The notes: a model not told the origin generated them from the sequence alone. Shown: positions 1 through 8,638, counted from the first letter of the stretch. The stretch: DNA of 25,170 bases from an uncultured Deferribacteres bacterium (GCA_964014485.1 CAXHAT010000117.1:1-25170); one strand, 5' to 3'. Numbers and translations: made by a program.

Positions 1-4
1 CCTG

Positions 5-28
5 GATTCCCGCCTGCGCGGGAATGAC
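5..28. repeat. Short palindromic repeat (ATTCCC-N8-GGGAAT, dRS3-like), copy 1
   Basis: GATTCCCGCCTGCGCGGGAATGAC; identical 24-mer at 12366-12389. Confidence 0.8.
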
Positions 29-96
29 TTTAACAGGAGTTTCTTTGGCTTCATAACTGGCGCGTAACATCAACTTTTCAATATGAAATTGGTCAT

Positions 97-162
97 GACG
101 CGCGGGAGGGCGGATCGTTGGCGCCGCCAGCCGCGCGCCAACAATCCAAACCGCCGCGAGTC
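97..162 (-). terminator. Long GC-rich stem-loop just downstream of the sheath gene (terminator or mRNA-stabilising hairpin)
   Basis: GGATCGTTGGCGC pairs with GCGCCAACAATCC (12/13); outer GACGCGCGG pairs with CCGCGAGTC (8/9); begins 12 nt after the sheath stop; no clear U-tract. Confidence 0.5.
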
Positions 163-173
163 CGAATTCGCGA

Positions 174-2642
174 CTATTCCGACACGTCCGAACCGCCGGT
201 CCATTGCGCGATGCGAAAGATGACGAATTCCGCCGGTTTCACGGGCGAAACGCCGATCACGACGATCAGGCGGCCATTGTCGATGTCGTCCTGCGTCATC
301 GTGGTGCGGTCGCATTTGACAAAAAAGGCTTCTTCGGCGCTGAGACCCATCAATGCGCCGTCCCGCCAAACTCTGGTCAGGAACTGGGTGATCGTTTGTT
401 TCACCCGCGCCCAGAGCTTATCATCATTGGGTTCAAAAACCACCCACTGCGTGCCTTCTTCAATCGATTCTTCGAGATAGAGGAAGAGCCGCCGAACGTT
501 GATGTATTTCCAGAGGGAGTTGCTCGACATTGTCCGGGCTCCCCAGACGCGAACGCCGCGACCGGGAAAAACGCGAATGCAATTCACACCGATGGGATTG
601 AGAATTTCCTGGGAGCCTTTGTTGACCAAACGATAATTGCCGTTCAGCTTTTCGAAATTCACCGCGCCCACAACCGTCTCGTTCGCGGGAGCCTTGTGAA
701 CGCCGCGATCAACGTCTGTTTTCGCATAGATTCCGCAAACATGGCCGCTCGGCGGAAGATTGGCGTACTCCTTCGTCAACGGATCAAAGGCGCGAATCCA
801 CGGGTAGTACAAAGCGGCGTAGCTGCTGTCAAACAGATTGCGCTGTGCCTGGATCGCATCCAAATCAGCTTTCGCGATAGGGTCGAGAACGGCAAAGCGG
901 TCTTTCATGATGATTTCGCAATGCGTAATCAATTTCTGCTGGAGATATTGGGAGGTTATTCCCGGCATGGCCACGATGTTGATCCCATCGACATTCTTAA
1001 AGGTCTGCAAACCTTTGCGTTTCTCAGGCTCAAGCGAGTCCTTGCCTTCGAAAATCGAGTTGAGCTGATTGTCGTCTGTCGGGTCAGTCGGAAAACCGTC
1101 ATCACCGCCTTTTAAAAACCATCCCGGCAAACCGTCCTGAGTAGGCGGATCTTCAATGGCTTGAGGGTTTTGAGGGTCAGCCTCGAAATCTCCAATACGG
1201 ATGAACGTCGAGCTTTTTTCCGTGATGATTTTTTTGATATAACGGCTGTGTTTCTCGTTCAGGGAGAGACTTTTGAAGATTTCTTCGTTCTTGCCGCTGA
1301 GAACAATCAAGCTGAATTCTTCAGTTTGGACAGGGGTTCCTAATTCAAGGTTATTTTTTAAATCAGCTTCAAGGTCAACGAACGATTCATCGGTTGTTTT
1401 GAAGACTTCCTTGACCGTGACATAGTTCGTACCGGCGGTATCGGGCGCGAGACTGAGTAGGGAGCCTGGCTCAATGTTGTTCACCGTTTCCAAGTACAGT
1501 CGATCCTGATTGGCAGCCGCCGGTTTTTTCAATTTGGTGCTCGAAAGGCTGCTCGGCTTCACGACGAATTTAGCGCCGTTGCCCCATTCGCCTTCATTGG
1601 CGGCTTCGAGCTTAACTGCGGCGACCAGTTTGATTAAAGGCTTGCCAGGTTCGTGTTCGTACTTGAGCGCCGGGGTTACGTCTATGACATTTGCAGCATT
1701 TTCCGCCGAATCGATCTCGAAATATTCGCTGCCAATGATGAGGAAATCGCCTTGAGCGAGTTCTGGTTTTGCAGCAAGGTAAAGTTTTGCATCATCGGCT
1801 TTCGCATTGCGAATAAGAAACACATCGCTCATTGCCAGTATGAAAACATTGACGTTCTTGGCATGCTCGAACAGCAGTGGCGACTCGATTGTGATGATTT
1901 TATCCTCATCGTTTTTGTCTTTGATAACGACGACCTCGCTGCTGTCGGCGTCGTCTACTAGAAGATAATCGCCAGCTTTTACTGCGTCCACCGCAGCTAA
2001 TTTCAGTTCTGTTGCTGCTGCATCCGCCTTTAAGTCCAACTTTGTTGTTTCGTTCGCCGGTTTCACGCCTTTGAGAACCGTAGTGCATGGGGCGTAATCC
2101 AGCGCAAGCTTTGCCCCGGCTTTAAAAACGATCTCTTTTGCGAGCCCTTCGTATTTCAGGTATTCCGATTGCCCCCCGTCTTTTAACAACAAAAAATCGC
2201 CGGCCACAAAATTGGTCGTCTCTGCCATTTCCAGCCCGTTTTCCTCCGCAACGGCCTTCGCGCCCAATTTTGGCGTATCGTCCGCACCAACAATTTTGGG
2301 CAGATAACCGGACGCCTTTTCGGCTTTTGTGGCGGGAGCCTTCGCCTCGGTAACAGCGACGCGAGTGACGTACGCACGTTTGCCGCCGTTCTCAAAAAAG
2401 CCCGCTACGGCGTAGGCTAGCCAACGAATTTTACTCAAAATTGCGCCATTCTTTTTAGCGGGCAGAAAGCCGCCAAAAGTCCGCTCGAAATCCGCGAAGC
2501 TTGTCACCAAAACGGGCTTGTTCAACGGACCTCGTTCAGCAAAGCCAAGGAATCCCGCCGTGCTGGTGCTGACGCCCTCAATCGGCCGGGCGCCAATCTC
2601 GAATTCCTCGACATAAACGCCTGGTGCTAAATATTCCGGCAT
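174..2642 (-). CDS. Contractile tail sheath protein (eCIS Afp2/3/4-type), 822 aa, with four inserted repeat domains
   Basis: N-terminal MPEYLAPGVYVEE and GFFENGG motifs; C-terminal YAALYYPW, PPSGHVCG, RGVHKAPAN, LNPIGVNCIR, VWGART, WKYINVRRL, VFEPND, AFFVKCD, PVKPAEFVIFRI; AGGAGG RBS upstream. Confidence 0.96.
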   Translation of the reverse strand: MPEYLAPGVYVEEFEIGARPIEGVSTSTAGFLGFAERGPLNKPVLVTSFADFERTFGGFLPAKKNGAILSKIRWLAYAVAGFFENGGKRAYVTRVAVTEAKAPATKAEKASGYLPKIVGADDTPKLGAKAVAEENGLEMAETTNFVAGDFLLLKDGGQSEYLKYEGLAKEIVFKAGAKLALDYAPCTTVLKGVKPANETTKLDLKADAAATELKLAAVDAVKAGDYLLVDDADSSEVVVIKDKNDEDKIITIESPLLFEHAKNVNVFILAMSDVFLIRNAKADDAKLYLAAKPELAQGDFLIIGSEYFEIDSAENAANVIDVTPALKYEHEPGKPLIKLVAAVKLEAANEGEWGNGAKFVVKPSSLSSTKLKKPAAANQDRLYLETVNNIEPGSLLSLAPDTAGTNYVTVKEVFKTTDESFVDLEADLKNNLELGTPVQTEEFSLIVLSGKNEEIFKSLSLNEKHSRYIKKIITEKSSTFIRIGDFEADPQNPQAIEDPPTQDGLPGWFLKGGDDGFPTDPTDDNQLNSIFEGKDSLEPEKRKGLQTFKNVDGINIVAMPGITSQYLQQKLITHCEIIMKDRFAVLDPIAKADLDAIQAQRNLFDSSYAALYYPWIRAFDPLTKEYANLPPSGHVCGIYAKTDVDRGVHKAPANETVVGAVNFEKLNGNYRLVNKGSQEILNPIGVNCIRVFPGRGVRVWGARTMSSNSLWKYINVRRLFLYLEESIEEGTQWVVFEPNDDKLWARVKQTITQFLTRVWRDGALMGLSAEEAFFVKCDRTTMTQDDIDNGRLIVVIGVSPVKPAEFVIFRIAQWTGGSDVSE

Positions 2643-2705
2643 TGTATGATCCTCCTGTAAATTTGTGAATACGATTTCTCGTATGCTCTCATTTATCCGC
2701 GAAGA

Positions 2706-4097
2706 TCATGCTGTCTCCAGGTTGAAAATAAAATCCGTGATCTCCGCCGAAGCGATTTCATCAATTGTTCTCTGCCCGGACGGGGCGTAGCCCTGAGCCT
2801 TCGCCTGCAAGGTGTATTTTCCCTTGTTCAATTTGCCAAAGCTGAATCGACCGTCGACGTTGCTGTAAGTTTTTTTCACCGGCTCCAAATTGGCGTCCAG
2901 CAAAGAAATTTCCGCGCCGAGAACGGGCGCGCCCACCTTGTTCGTCACCAACCCGCCGATATGAACCAGCGCATCCCGATCCGCGCCCAAACCAACCTCC
3001 GGCCCGCTGATTTCCGTGATCTGGCAATACTCGATTTTTGCCGGATTGTCGATTTTGACCACATCGCCCATTTTTAATTGCTTTTTCACCTCCTCCGCCG
3101 CGGTTTGCAGAAATGTGACGCCGGGGGTTGCGAAATCCGCCAGCTTCACCTCAAACTTCTCACCTGAAGGCACAATCTTTTTTAGCTCCGTCTTAAGCGC
3201 ATGGTCGTAAAGGAGCGGTTGCTCCAATGCAAGCTCGGGCGAATTCGCCGTATCTTTCAGCGTGCAAAACTCCGTCGCATCGCTGTGACTGTCGACAAAG
3301 ATTAGCGTATCGCCGTCTTGAAGACCGGCGGGAGCGGAAACCGTGATCTTTTCGCCGCCCTTTTTTGCCTCAAGATCAAGATAGGTCGATGCGTTTCCAT
3401 CGATGGCCATTTTGACCAGGGAGGCGCCCGCCGGATGTTTGTAAGGCGCCACGTTTCTGACGGGCGGACGGATGGCCAGGCGAAATACTTCGGCGGGGCC
3501 GCCGTGCTCGCTCGATTTCGCCACAACCATGCGTCCTTCCGCAACGGCGTGATAATCGAGAGAAAAGGTGACGTTGTATTCCAACGCCGGTCTGACGGGC
3601 CGCCCTTCAAACGTGCCCCAGAATTCCGCCGGATTTTTGAGTCCGTTTGGCATGATGACCGTTGCCGGGAGCGGCGGCACCTGCCCGGCGAGCTGGCCGT
3701 AAAGCGCCTTCTCCGGGATTTTCGGATACTTGATCAAGGCCAGCAGAATCTTGCTCAACAATCGATGCTCATCTCTGGCGCGTGTGCCTTCTTTCGCGGG
3801 ATCGTCCGCCAGGCTCCAGGCAGTGACGAGATAGGAAAGCTTGATTCTCGCCGGCGGCTGCTTGCGGCGCGTGGAGCCGTCGCTGAGCTTCTCGACGACG
3901 GGTTGGTTCGAACGCAATTCAGCGTCTTCCGAAATATCGTAGAGGTAGAAGTCGGCCGTTGGCTGCAATTTCGAACTCGCGCCAAAGTTCTTGTCCGGCA
4001 TGGCAAAGCTGATGTGAAACGGCGGCGCCCCGCCGAATTCCTCCGTCAGTAATCTCACCAAAGTTTCATTGACGTCATCAATGATTTGGAAGTCCAT
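2706..4097 (-). CDS. DUF4255 (Afp16/Pvc16-like tube/sheath terminator cap) with inserted repeat domains and a C-terminal carboxypeptidase-regulatory-like domain
   Basis: IIDDVNETLVRLL, FYLYDISEDAELRSN, PPARIKLSYLVTAW, DEHRLLSKIL, EFWGTF..RPALEYNVT match DUF4255; C-terminal GLVTNKVGAPVLGAEI..DGRFSFGKLNKGKYTLQAKAQGY. ATG at 4097 preferred over the ORF-track start at 4124. Confidence 0.88.
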   Translation of the reverse strand: MDFQIIDDVNETLVRLLTEEFGGAPPFHISFAMPDKNFGASSKLQPTADFYLYDISEDAELRSNQPVVEKLSDGSTRRKQPPARIKLSYLVTAWSLADDPAKEGTRARDEHRLLSKILLALIKYPKIPEKALYGQLAGQVPPLPATVIMPNGLKNPAEFWGTFEGRPVRPALEYNVTFSLDYHAVAEGRMVVAKSSEHGGPAEVFRLAIRPPVRNVAPYKHPAGASLVKMAIDGNASTYLDLEAKKGGEKITVSAPAGLQDGDTLIFVDSHSDATEFCTLKDTANSPELALEQPLLYDHALKTELKKIVPSGEKFEVKLADFATPGVTFLQTAAEEVKKQLKMGDVVKIDNPAKIEYCQITEISGPEVGLGADRDALVHIGGLVTNKVGAPVLGAEISLLDANLEPVKKTYSNVDGRFSFGKLNKGKYTLQAKAQGYAPSGQRTIDEIASAEITDFIFNLETA

Positions 4098-4761
4098 TTT
4101 TCTTGTTCTCTCGATTGGATTCAAGAGATTCGAGTGACTCCGAGTTGACTATTTTCTTTTCATAATCCTGCCAAACCCGCCATCTATTGCTCCTGCTGCA
4201 ATCGACGCCACGGCATGGCAGCGGTCGATTCTCGCGTGCGATGCATTGATACGTTTCACAATCCAGATACACGCAGTGGCCGTTTTCATCTTGGGCGATC
4301 ATGTAAGGACGGCCAAAATCCCAGCGCAGGATGCTTTCATCGATATCCTGCTTCGGCAGGGCGAAGGAAAATTTACAGCAGATTGCTTTGCAGGTCGGCA
4401 AGCATTCCAGGCAAACCACACATGCTTGGTGCGCGAAGGTGTACTTATCTTGCTCCGGATTCTGGTACACCAGTCCGATGCCGCTGTCTTTGAGCTCTTG
4501 TACCAGCCGCTTCACCGCCTCTTTTTTCTAAGCATCCAGCTCTTCGACGGTGAGAATGCCTTTTTCGATGAGCAGCTCGATCAGTGTGTAAAGAAACGAA
4601 GCCGCTTCCAGGGTTTTGCTGGTGTTGGCGTTGATGCGGGTGTGTGTATACACTGAGGCAGTTGCCATCTCGGCTGAGAGGGATCCATATCTGGGATTGG
4701 CCGGGCTTATTTGGCGCTTGGCCTGCTGATATTCCTGGTCATAGTTTCGCTTGAAATTCAT
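4078..4761 (-). pseudogene. YkgJ-like cysteine-cluster (putative Zn/Fe-chelating) protein split by an in-frame TAG at 4528-4530
   Basis: ORFs 4528..4803 and 4078..4515 are in one frame, reading ..EKGILTVEELDA*KKEAVKRLVQ..; the C-terminal part has CKAICC..GHCVYLD..QC..RPLPCRGVDC. Start uncertain. Confidence 0.75.
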
Positions 4762-4893
4762 AACGACAATCCCATTTATACGATATTCCCTTTCACAATG
4801 CACCAGCAGGTAATAGGTCCCGAATTCTGCCCAATTCCCTTCCTTGTGCGATGATTAAGCAGAATTCACAAATGACGACAAAATATATGATTC

Positions 4894-6441
4894 TTACGGA
4901 ACTACAATGCTGCAATCTCCTCCAGAGTATGCAAAACTATAAATCTCAGATAAGAATCCTTCATAGCACCCTGGGTTACGTCCGCGTCCTCTCACATTTC
5001 TTGTCGGGTGGCGAAGAAAATGAAACAGAGGATGGATTGCTTCGTGAACTAAAATTCCGGCGCGCACCTGATCATTTGCCTCAGCCCAGAAGCCTGGACA
5101 GATTCCCATTGTGCGGCTACCACTTGGCCCACATGTTTCGGCTGAGGTTCTCGCAGCACACCGACCTGCAGCGCACCCCGGAATGGTATACCTCCTGGTG
5201 CCTGGACAGCGGTACCGTATGTTCCTCGCCAACCAGTCGTGAATTCTCCTAAATCGATTAGAGAAAACCCTCATTTCATGAGCTATTGCTTCATCTTCCG
5301 TCGCAAATGGTGCTGCACGGAACCGGCTTCTCCACGAACCGGACGGCATCCGCCGTGCCGTACCGAACCAGTCTCGATAGGCATCAAAGACATTCGATGG
5401 TCCAAATGTAGGATCATCAAATGTCAAAGATTCAAGAAATAGTTCGCCGCTAGCCCCCAGCGCCATAGTCTGCGCGAGCGCATCAATACGAGTCAATGCA
5501 GCAAGCGGGTCGGCTGGCGCACCATGAACACCTGCAGGGCAATGTGAGCGAGAGCTAACAGTTTGTTGAATCGAATTCGCCGCATCGTTCGATCCGCTTT
5601 GCTGCACAACATGCGTCAACTCATGCGCCAACAATTCTCGTCCGCCGGAATTGTCTGGACTCAGTTCACTTTGTCGAAAGAAAATGTCCTTGCCGGTGGT
5701 AAAAGCGCGGGCGTTTAACCCGCGATTCAATGCGTCGGCTTCCGTGCTGTTGTGAACGCGAACATCGCTGAAATCAGCGCCGAAGCGCGGTTCGAAAAAG
5801 GCGCGGGCGGAGCGGGGCAGCGGTTGTCCGCTTGTTCTGGCGGCGTTAATGCGCGCTTCCAAGTTCCCGCCCGCCGTCGGATTGCGGCCGGAGAGCGCTT
5901 TGCCTTGCAGCAGTTCTTCCTCCTCAGACTCAGACTGCCGTTGTACCAGCGGCGTGATTTGCGCGGCAAGCGGCTTCGGTTGAATCAAATCTTCTTCATC
6001 TTCAGGCTGGCGCTGCACGCTCGGCTCCGGCATTTGCATCACCTGCTCGGCCACGCGATCCGCTTCCTGCTCGTACTTGTCTCCCGGTTGACCAATGGTC
6101 AATTTTGCCTGAATCGGTTCGTCTTCCTCCTCGCCAATTTGCCGTTGAATCGAATCCGCCGTTTTGCCCTGGACGACTTCTTCCTCTTCTTCATCAACCT
6201 GCCGCTGGATCAAAGGCGCTTCCGCGCAGCAACTCTGCTTGATCATGCGCTGCACGAATTGATTGCCGTGCGTTTGCTGCAAGGCGCCAAAGTACGCGTT
6301 GCGGTCAAGGGCGCTAGCGGGAAAAAGAAGCTCCGGCGAAAGCGACGCGTTCACCATCGTTTTCCCGCTGTTCCGCCGCTCTGGAGTTCGGACAAACGTT
6401 TTAGCGGCAGGCCGCTCTGTTTTTGATTGTTTGGTTCGCAT
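4894..6441 (-). CDS. DUF4157 (eCIS core) protein with C-terminal HExxH zinc metallopeptidase-like (M35-like) domain; candidate effector
   Basis: LQQTHGNQFVQR, four QRQ-acidic-Q.K repeats, IQAKLTIGQPGDKYEQEADRVA, FFEPRFGADFSDVRVH..ARAFTTG..LLAHELTHVVQQ; C-terminal ICPGFW..ILVHEAIH..NPGCYEGF. ATG 6441 (alternative TTG 6450). Confidence 0.9.
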   Translation of the reverse strand: MRTKQSKTERPAAKTFVRTPERRNSGKTMVNASLSPELLFPASALDRNAYFGALQQTHGNQFVQRMIKQSCCAEAPLIQRQVDEEEEEVVQGKTADSIQRQIGEEEDEPIQAKLTIGQPGDKYEQEADRVAEQVMQMPEPSVQRQPEDEEDLIQPKPLAAQITPLVQRQSESEEEELLQGKALSGRNPTAGGNLEARINAARTSGQPLPRSARAFFEPRFGADFSDVRVHNSTEADALNRGLNARAFTTGKDIFFRQSELSPDNSGGRELLAHELTHVVQQSGSNDAANSIQQTVSSRSHCPAGVHGAPADPLAALTRIDALAQTMALGASGELFLESLTFDDPTFGPSNVFDAYRDWFGTARRMPSGSWRSRFRAAPFATEDEAIAHEMRVFSNRFRRIHDWLARNIRYRCPGTRRYTIPGCAAGRCAARTSAETCGPSGSRTMGICPGFWAEANDQVRAGILVHEAIHPLFHFLRHPTRNVRGRGRNPGCYEGFLSEIYSFAYSGGDCSIVVP

Positions 6442-6492
6442 TGGACTCAAGGAATCAATTTTAATTTAGCGTTACGCGCTGTCTCCAAAATA

Positions 6493-6734
6493 CTAATTCG
6501 AGGACAAGCTTTTGGCAAGACTTTTCAAAACGCAGAGACGCAAAGGCCGCTGAGAAGCGCAGAGAAAATTGAATTGTGAGTTCATTTGGGAGAGTTCTCA
6601 GCGATGAAAATTCATAAACAGAGTTTACAGTATTTGTGTTAAAAACTCTGCGAAGCTCTCCAATCTTTGCGTCTCTGCGTTAAGTCACGATATTGAATGA
6701 TCGCTCTTTTTGGGTTCCGGCTTGTCCGGATTAG
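6493..6734. repeat. Nested palindromic (MITE/REP-like) element, copy B
   Basis: Perfect 17-bp IR AACGCAGAGACGCAAAG (6529-6545) / CTTTGCGTCTCTGCGTT (6665-6681); outer IR GGACAAGC (6502-6509) / GCTTGTCC (6720-6727). Confidence 0.7.
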
Positions 6735-6789
6735 GGCAAAGCGCGTAATATCAGTTTTTATGTGTTTTGCATTCTGCAATCATGCGATT

Positions 6790-7159
6790 TCACGGCTCGG
6801 TTTCTTCTTCGCCGATCTCTTCGGCGGCCGTGATGAAGTATTTTCCGCTTGTGTTGAAGTTGATCGGCCCTTCGTTTCTGAACATATCCGCCAGCGCGAC
6901 AAACTCATCCGGAACCGGGAAAAATTGGTAGACCACGTTCTCGCCTTCGAGTTTGTAATAGAACTGCAGTTTGGCAAATTCTGAATATTCTCCTTCTAAG
7001 TCGTTGTTTTTATTGGGCTCAATATTTTTAAGATGATCTTTGTAAGTCCTTGTTTTTAAGGGATGATATAAAATTTGCCAAACTACAGTAATAGAAGTAG
7101 AATTGCTTCTTCTCCACGCTGAAGCCAAACCACTGGTTGTCTACTTTTTTCCATACCAT
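6790..7159 (-). pseudogene. MITE-disrupted paralog of the 78-aa protein at 8745..8981
   Basis: Removing the 125-bp MITE plus one 8-bp TSD restores a 237-bp ORF MVWKKVDNQWFGFSVEKKQFYFYYKLEGE..EEIGEEETEP, 71/78 identical to the intact copy. Confidence 0.93.
6964..7088. mobile_element. 125-bp MITE with 17-bp TIRs and 8-bp target site duplication
   Basis: TIRs CTGCAGTTTGGCAAATT / AATTTGCCAAACTACAG (16/17); TSD TAATAGAA at 6956-6963 and 7089-7096; empty site visible in the paralog near 8911-8918. Confidence 0.93.
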
Positions 7160-7184
7160 GATTGATTCTTCTTTAATTGTCAAA

Positions 7185-7700
7185 TCACCTGAATGTAAGT
7201 TCAAATTTGTATTTACGAGAATTTACAACGCTTCCTTTGGAATTCTTTGTATCCGCGTCAACTACATATAAAATGCTGCTGTGAACCGCCCGAGGGTGGG
7301 GATCGTCGGGAACTCTGATCGTATCGATAACAGCTCTCTTCGTTTTTAAAATCTCGAATGCATTGCAATTTGGATAGAGGATTGGCGCGGTCATACCAGC
7401 CGAACCGTTTCGATTCTCCCAAGAATCCTGACGGGTATGATTTGCGCAGACTTCTATGATGCCGCTTTCCAAATCTTCACCAACCGCGAGGATGGCAATA
7501 TAGTCGTCTACGTTAATCTCGTAAGGGAGGTCAGAATTTAGAGAATCTAGATTTAGCTCTTGAGCATTGACCCAAATCGCCAAATTCAATGTTGGAGGGG
7601 TTGGGTCGGGCTTGTTCGGATCATCCGGGCCTTCGCACCAGGAACCTGTAAGGCCCGCGCATAGAAAAGATAAGAAAACGATGGTTCTAAGCTTATTCAT
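7185..7700 (-). CDS. Hypothetical exported protein / possible lipoprotein, 171 aa
   Basis: Basic N-terminus plus hydrophobic stretch ending LTGSWC (non-canonical lipobox), Pro-rich linker PDDPNKPDPTPP; GAGGT RBS. Confidence 0.75.
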   Translation of the reverse strand: MNKLRTIVFLSFLCAGLTGSWCEGPDDPNKPDPTPPTLNLAIWVNAQELNLDSLNSDLPYEINVDDYIAILAVGEDLESGIIEVCANHTRQDSWENRNGSAGMTAPILYPNCNAFEILKTKRAVIDTIRVPDDPHPRAVHSSILYVVDADTKNSKGSVVNSRKYKFELTFR

Positions 7701-7848
7701 GGCGACCTCTCTTTTCTGTCGTTGAATGAAATTGGTTTTCGCGGCACAACGCCGCGGACGGACTCGAACGCCAAATTTGAAGCTTTAACGTTGTTCAAAC
7801 AGCCCCAAAATCGTCCGCGACGGTGCATGAGCAAACAATTGCCACGGG

Positions 7849-8160
7849 TCACTCTTCACCTTCGCCAATTGGTTCGGCGCTCGTTCCCAGGAATGCGCGG
7901 CCTGCCGTGAAGTAGATGTAAACCGGTTTCTCATTCCGCAATACATCAATTACATTCTCGAACATCGCGGAGGGCAGGTGCATGCGGATAATTCCGTCAT
8001 TCACATAATCATTCTCAAAATACTGCCCAGGATCATTGAACCTGAGCCACGCGACGACTTTGTTGGCTGTGTCCTTTAATTGGATTTGAGCCCGATTGGT
8101 TTGATAGCCGGAAGGACTCCCATAGAAAAGAACGCTGTAACTGCCGATTGTGTGTGCCAT
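7849..8160 (-). CDS. Uncharacterised small protein, 103 aa (D-x-x-RNE-x-P..E-x-IGE-x-E motif)
   Basis: AGGAG RBS; C-terminus DVLRNEKP..TSAEPIGEGEE resembles that of the 78-aa proteins. Confidence 0.85.
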   Translation of the reverse strand: MAHTIGSYSVLFYGSPSGYQTNRAQIQLKDTANKVVAWLRFNDPGQYFENDYVNDGIIRMHLPSAMFENVIDVLRNEKPVYIYFTAGRAFLGTSAEPIGEGEE

Positions 8161-8248
8161 GATAAATTCTCCTTTGGTTTATGAATTTGAAAAAGAGACT
8201 GAGGTACGCCATAACCAAGCTACCTCCATTAGCGAGATTTCCTGTTGA

Positions 8249-8389
8249 TTATGATTCTCCAGACATTTCAATCGGAGTTTTCACGAGTTTCTCAGCACGA
8301 ATCGCCGTTTTCCCGCTGTTCCGCCGCTCCTGAGCACGGACAAACGTTTTAGCGGCAGGTCGCTCTGTTTTTGATTGTTTGGTTCGCAT
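8249..8389 (-). pseudogene. Truncated duplicate of the DUF4157 gene N-terminal leader (46-aa ORF)
   Basis: MRTKQSKTERPAAKTFVRAQERRNSGKT matches the start of 4894..6441 at 26/28 residues, then runs into unrelated sequence and stops. Confidence 0.75.
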
Positions 8390-8483
8390 TGGACTCAATG
8401 AATCGGTTTTAGTGTCTGTTAAAACATTTTCTGCCATACTCGCCAAAAGCATTCGAGCACAAGCTTTTGGCGAGACTTTTCAA

Positions 8484-8638
8484 AACGCAGAGACGCAAAG
8501 GCCGCAGAGAAGCGCAGAGAGAATTGAATTGTGAGTTCATTTTGGAGAGTTCGCAGCGATGAAAATTCATAAATAGAGTTTGCAACACTTGTGTTTAAAA
8601 AACTCTGCGAAGCTCTCCGATCTTTGCGTCTCTGCGTT
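8484..8638. repeat. Nested palindromic element, copy A
   Basis: Perfect 17-bp IR at 8484-8500 and 8622-8638, identical to the copy B arms. Confidence 0.75.

Larger units (their letters stand above)
6358..7163. repeat. Direct repeat cassette copy B (includes a 133-bp MITE+TSD insertion)
   Basis: Aligns by eye along its length with 8306..8985, apart from a ~40-bp diverged patch near 6455-6495 and the MITE. Confidence 0.92.

Noticed and set aside
204..1115. Long plus-strand ORFs antisense to the sheath, cap, DUF4157 and ATPase genes (also 3318..4052, 5752..6426, 9364..10281)
   Set aside because: Shadow ORFs of well-supported minus-strand genes; no recognisable motifs.
174..4097. Prophage tail region or T6SS
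   Set aside because: No capsid, terminase, integrase or Tss membrane genes in the window; DUF4255, Pvc15-type ATPase and DUF4157 point to eCIS.
6790..7128. 112-aa ORF as a real gene
   Set aside because: Chimera of out-of-frame 5' sequence, MITE sequence and the tail of the disrupted 78-aa gene.
7743..7828. Imperfect IR (CGCGGACG/CGTCCGCG) between the 103-aa and 171-aa genes
   Set aside because: Only ~8 bp perfect with a long loop; too weak to call.
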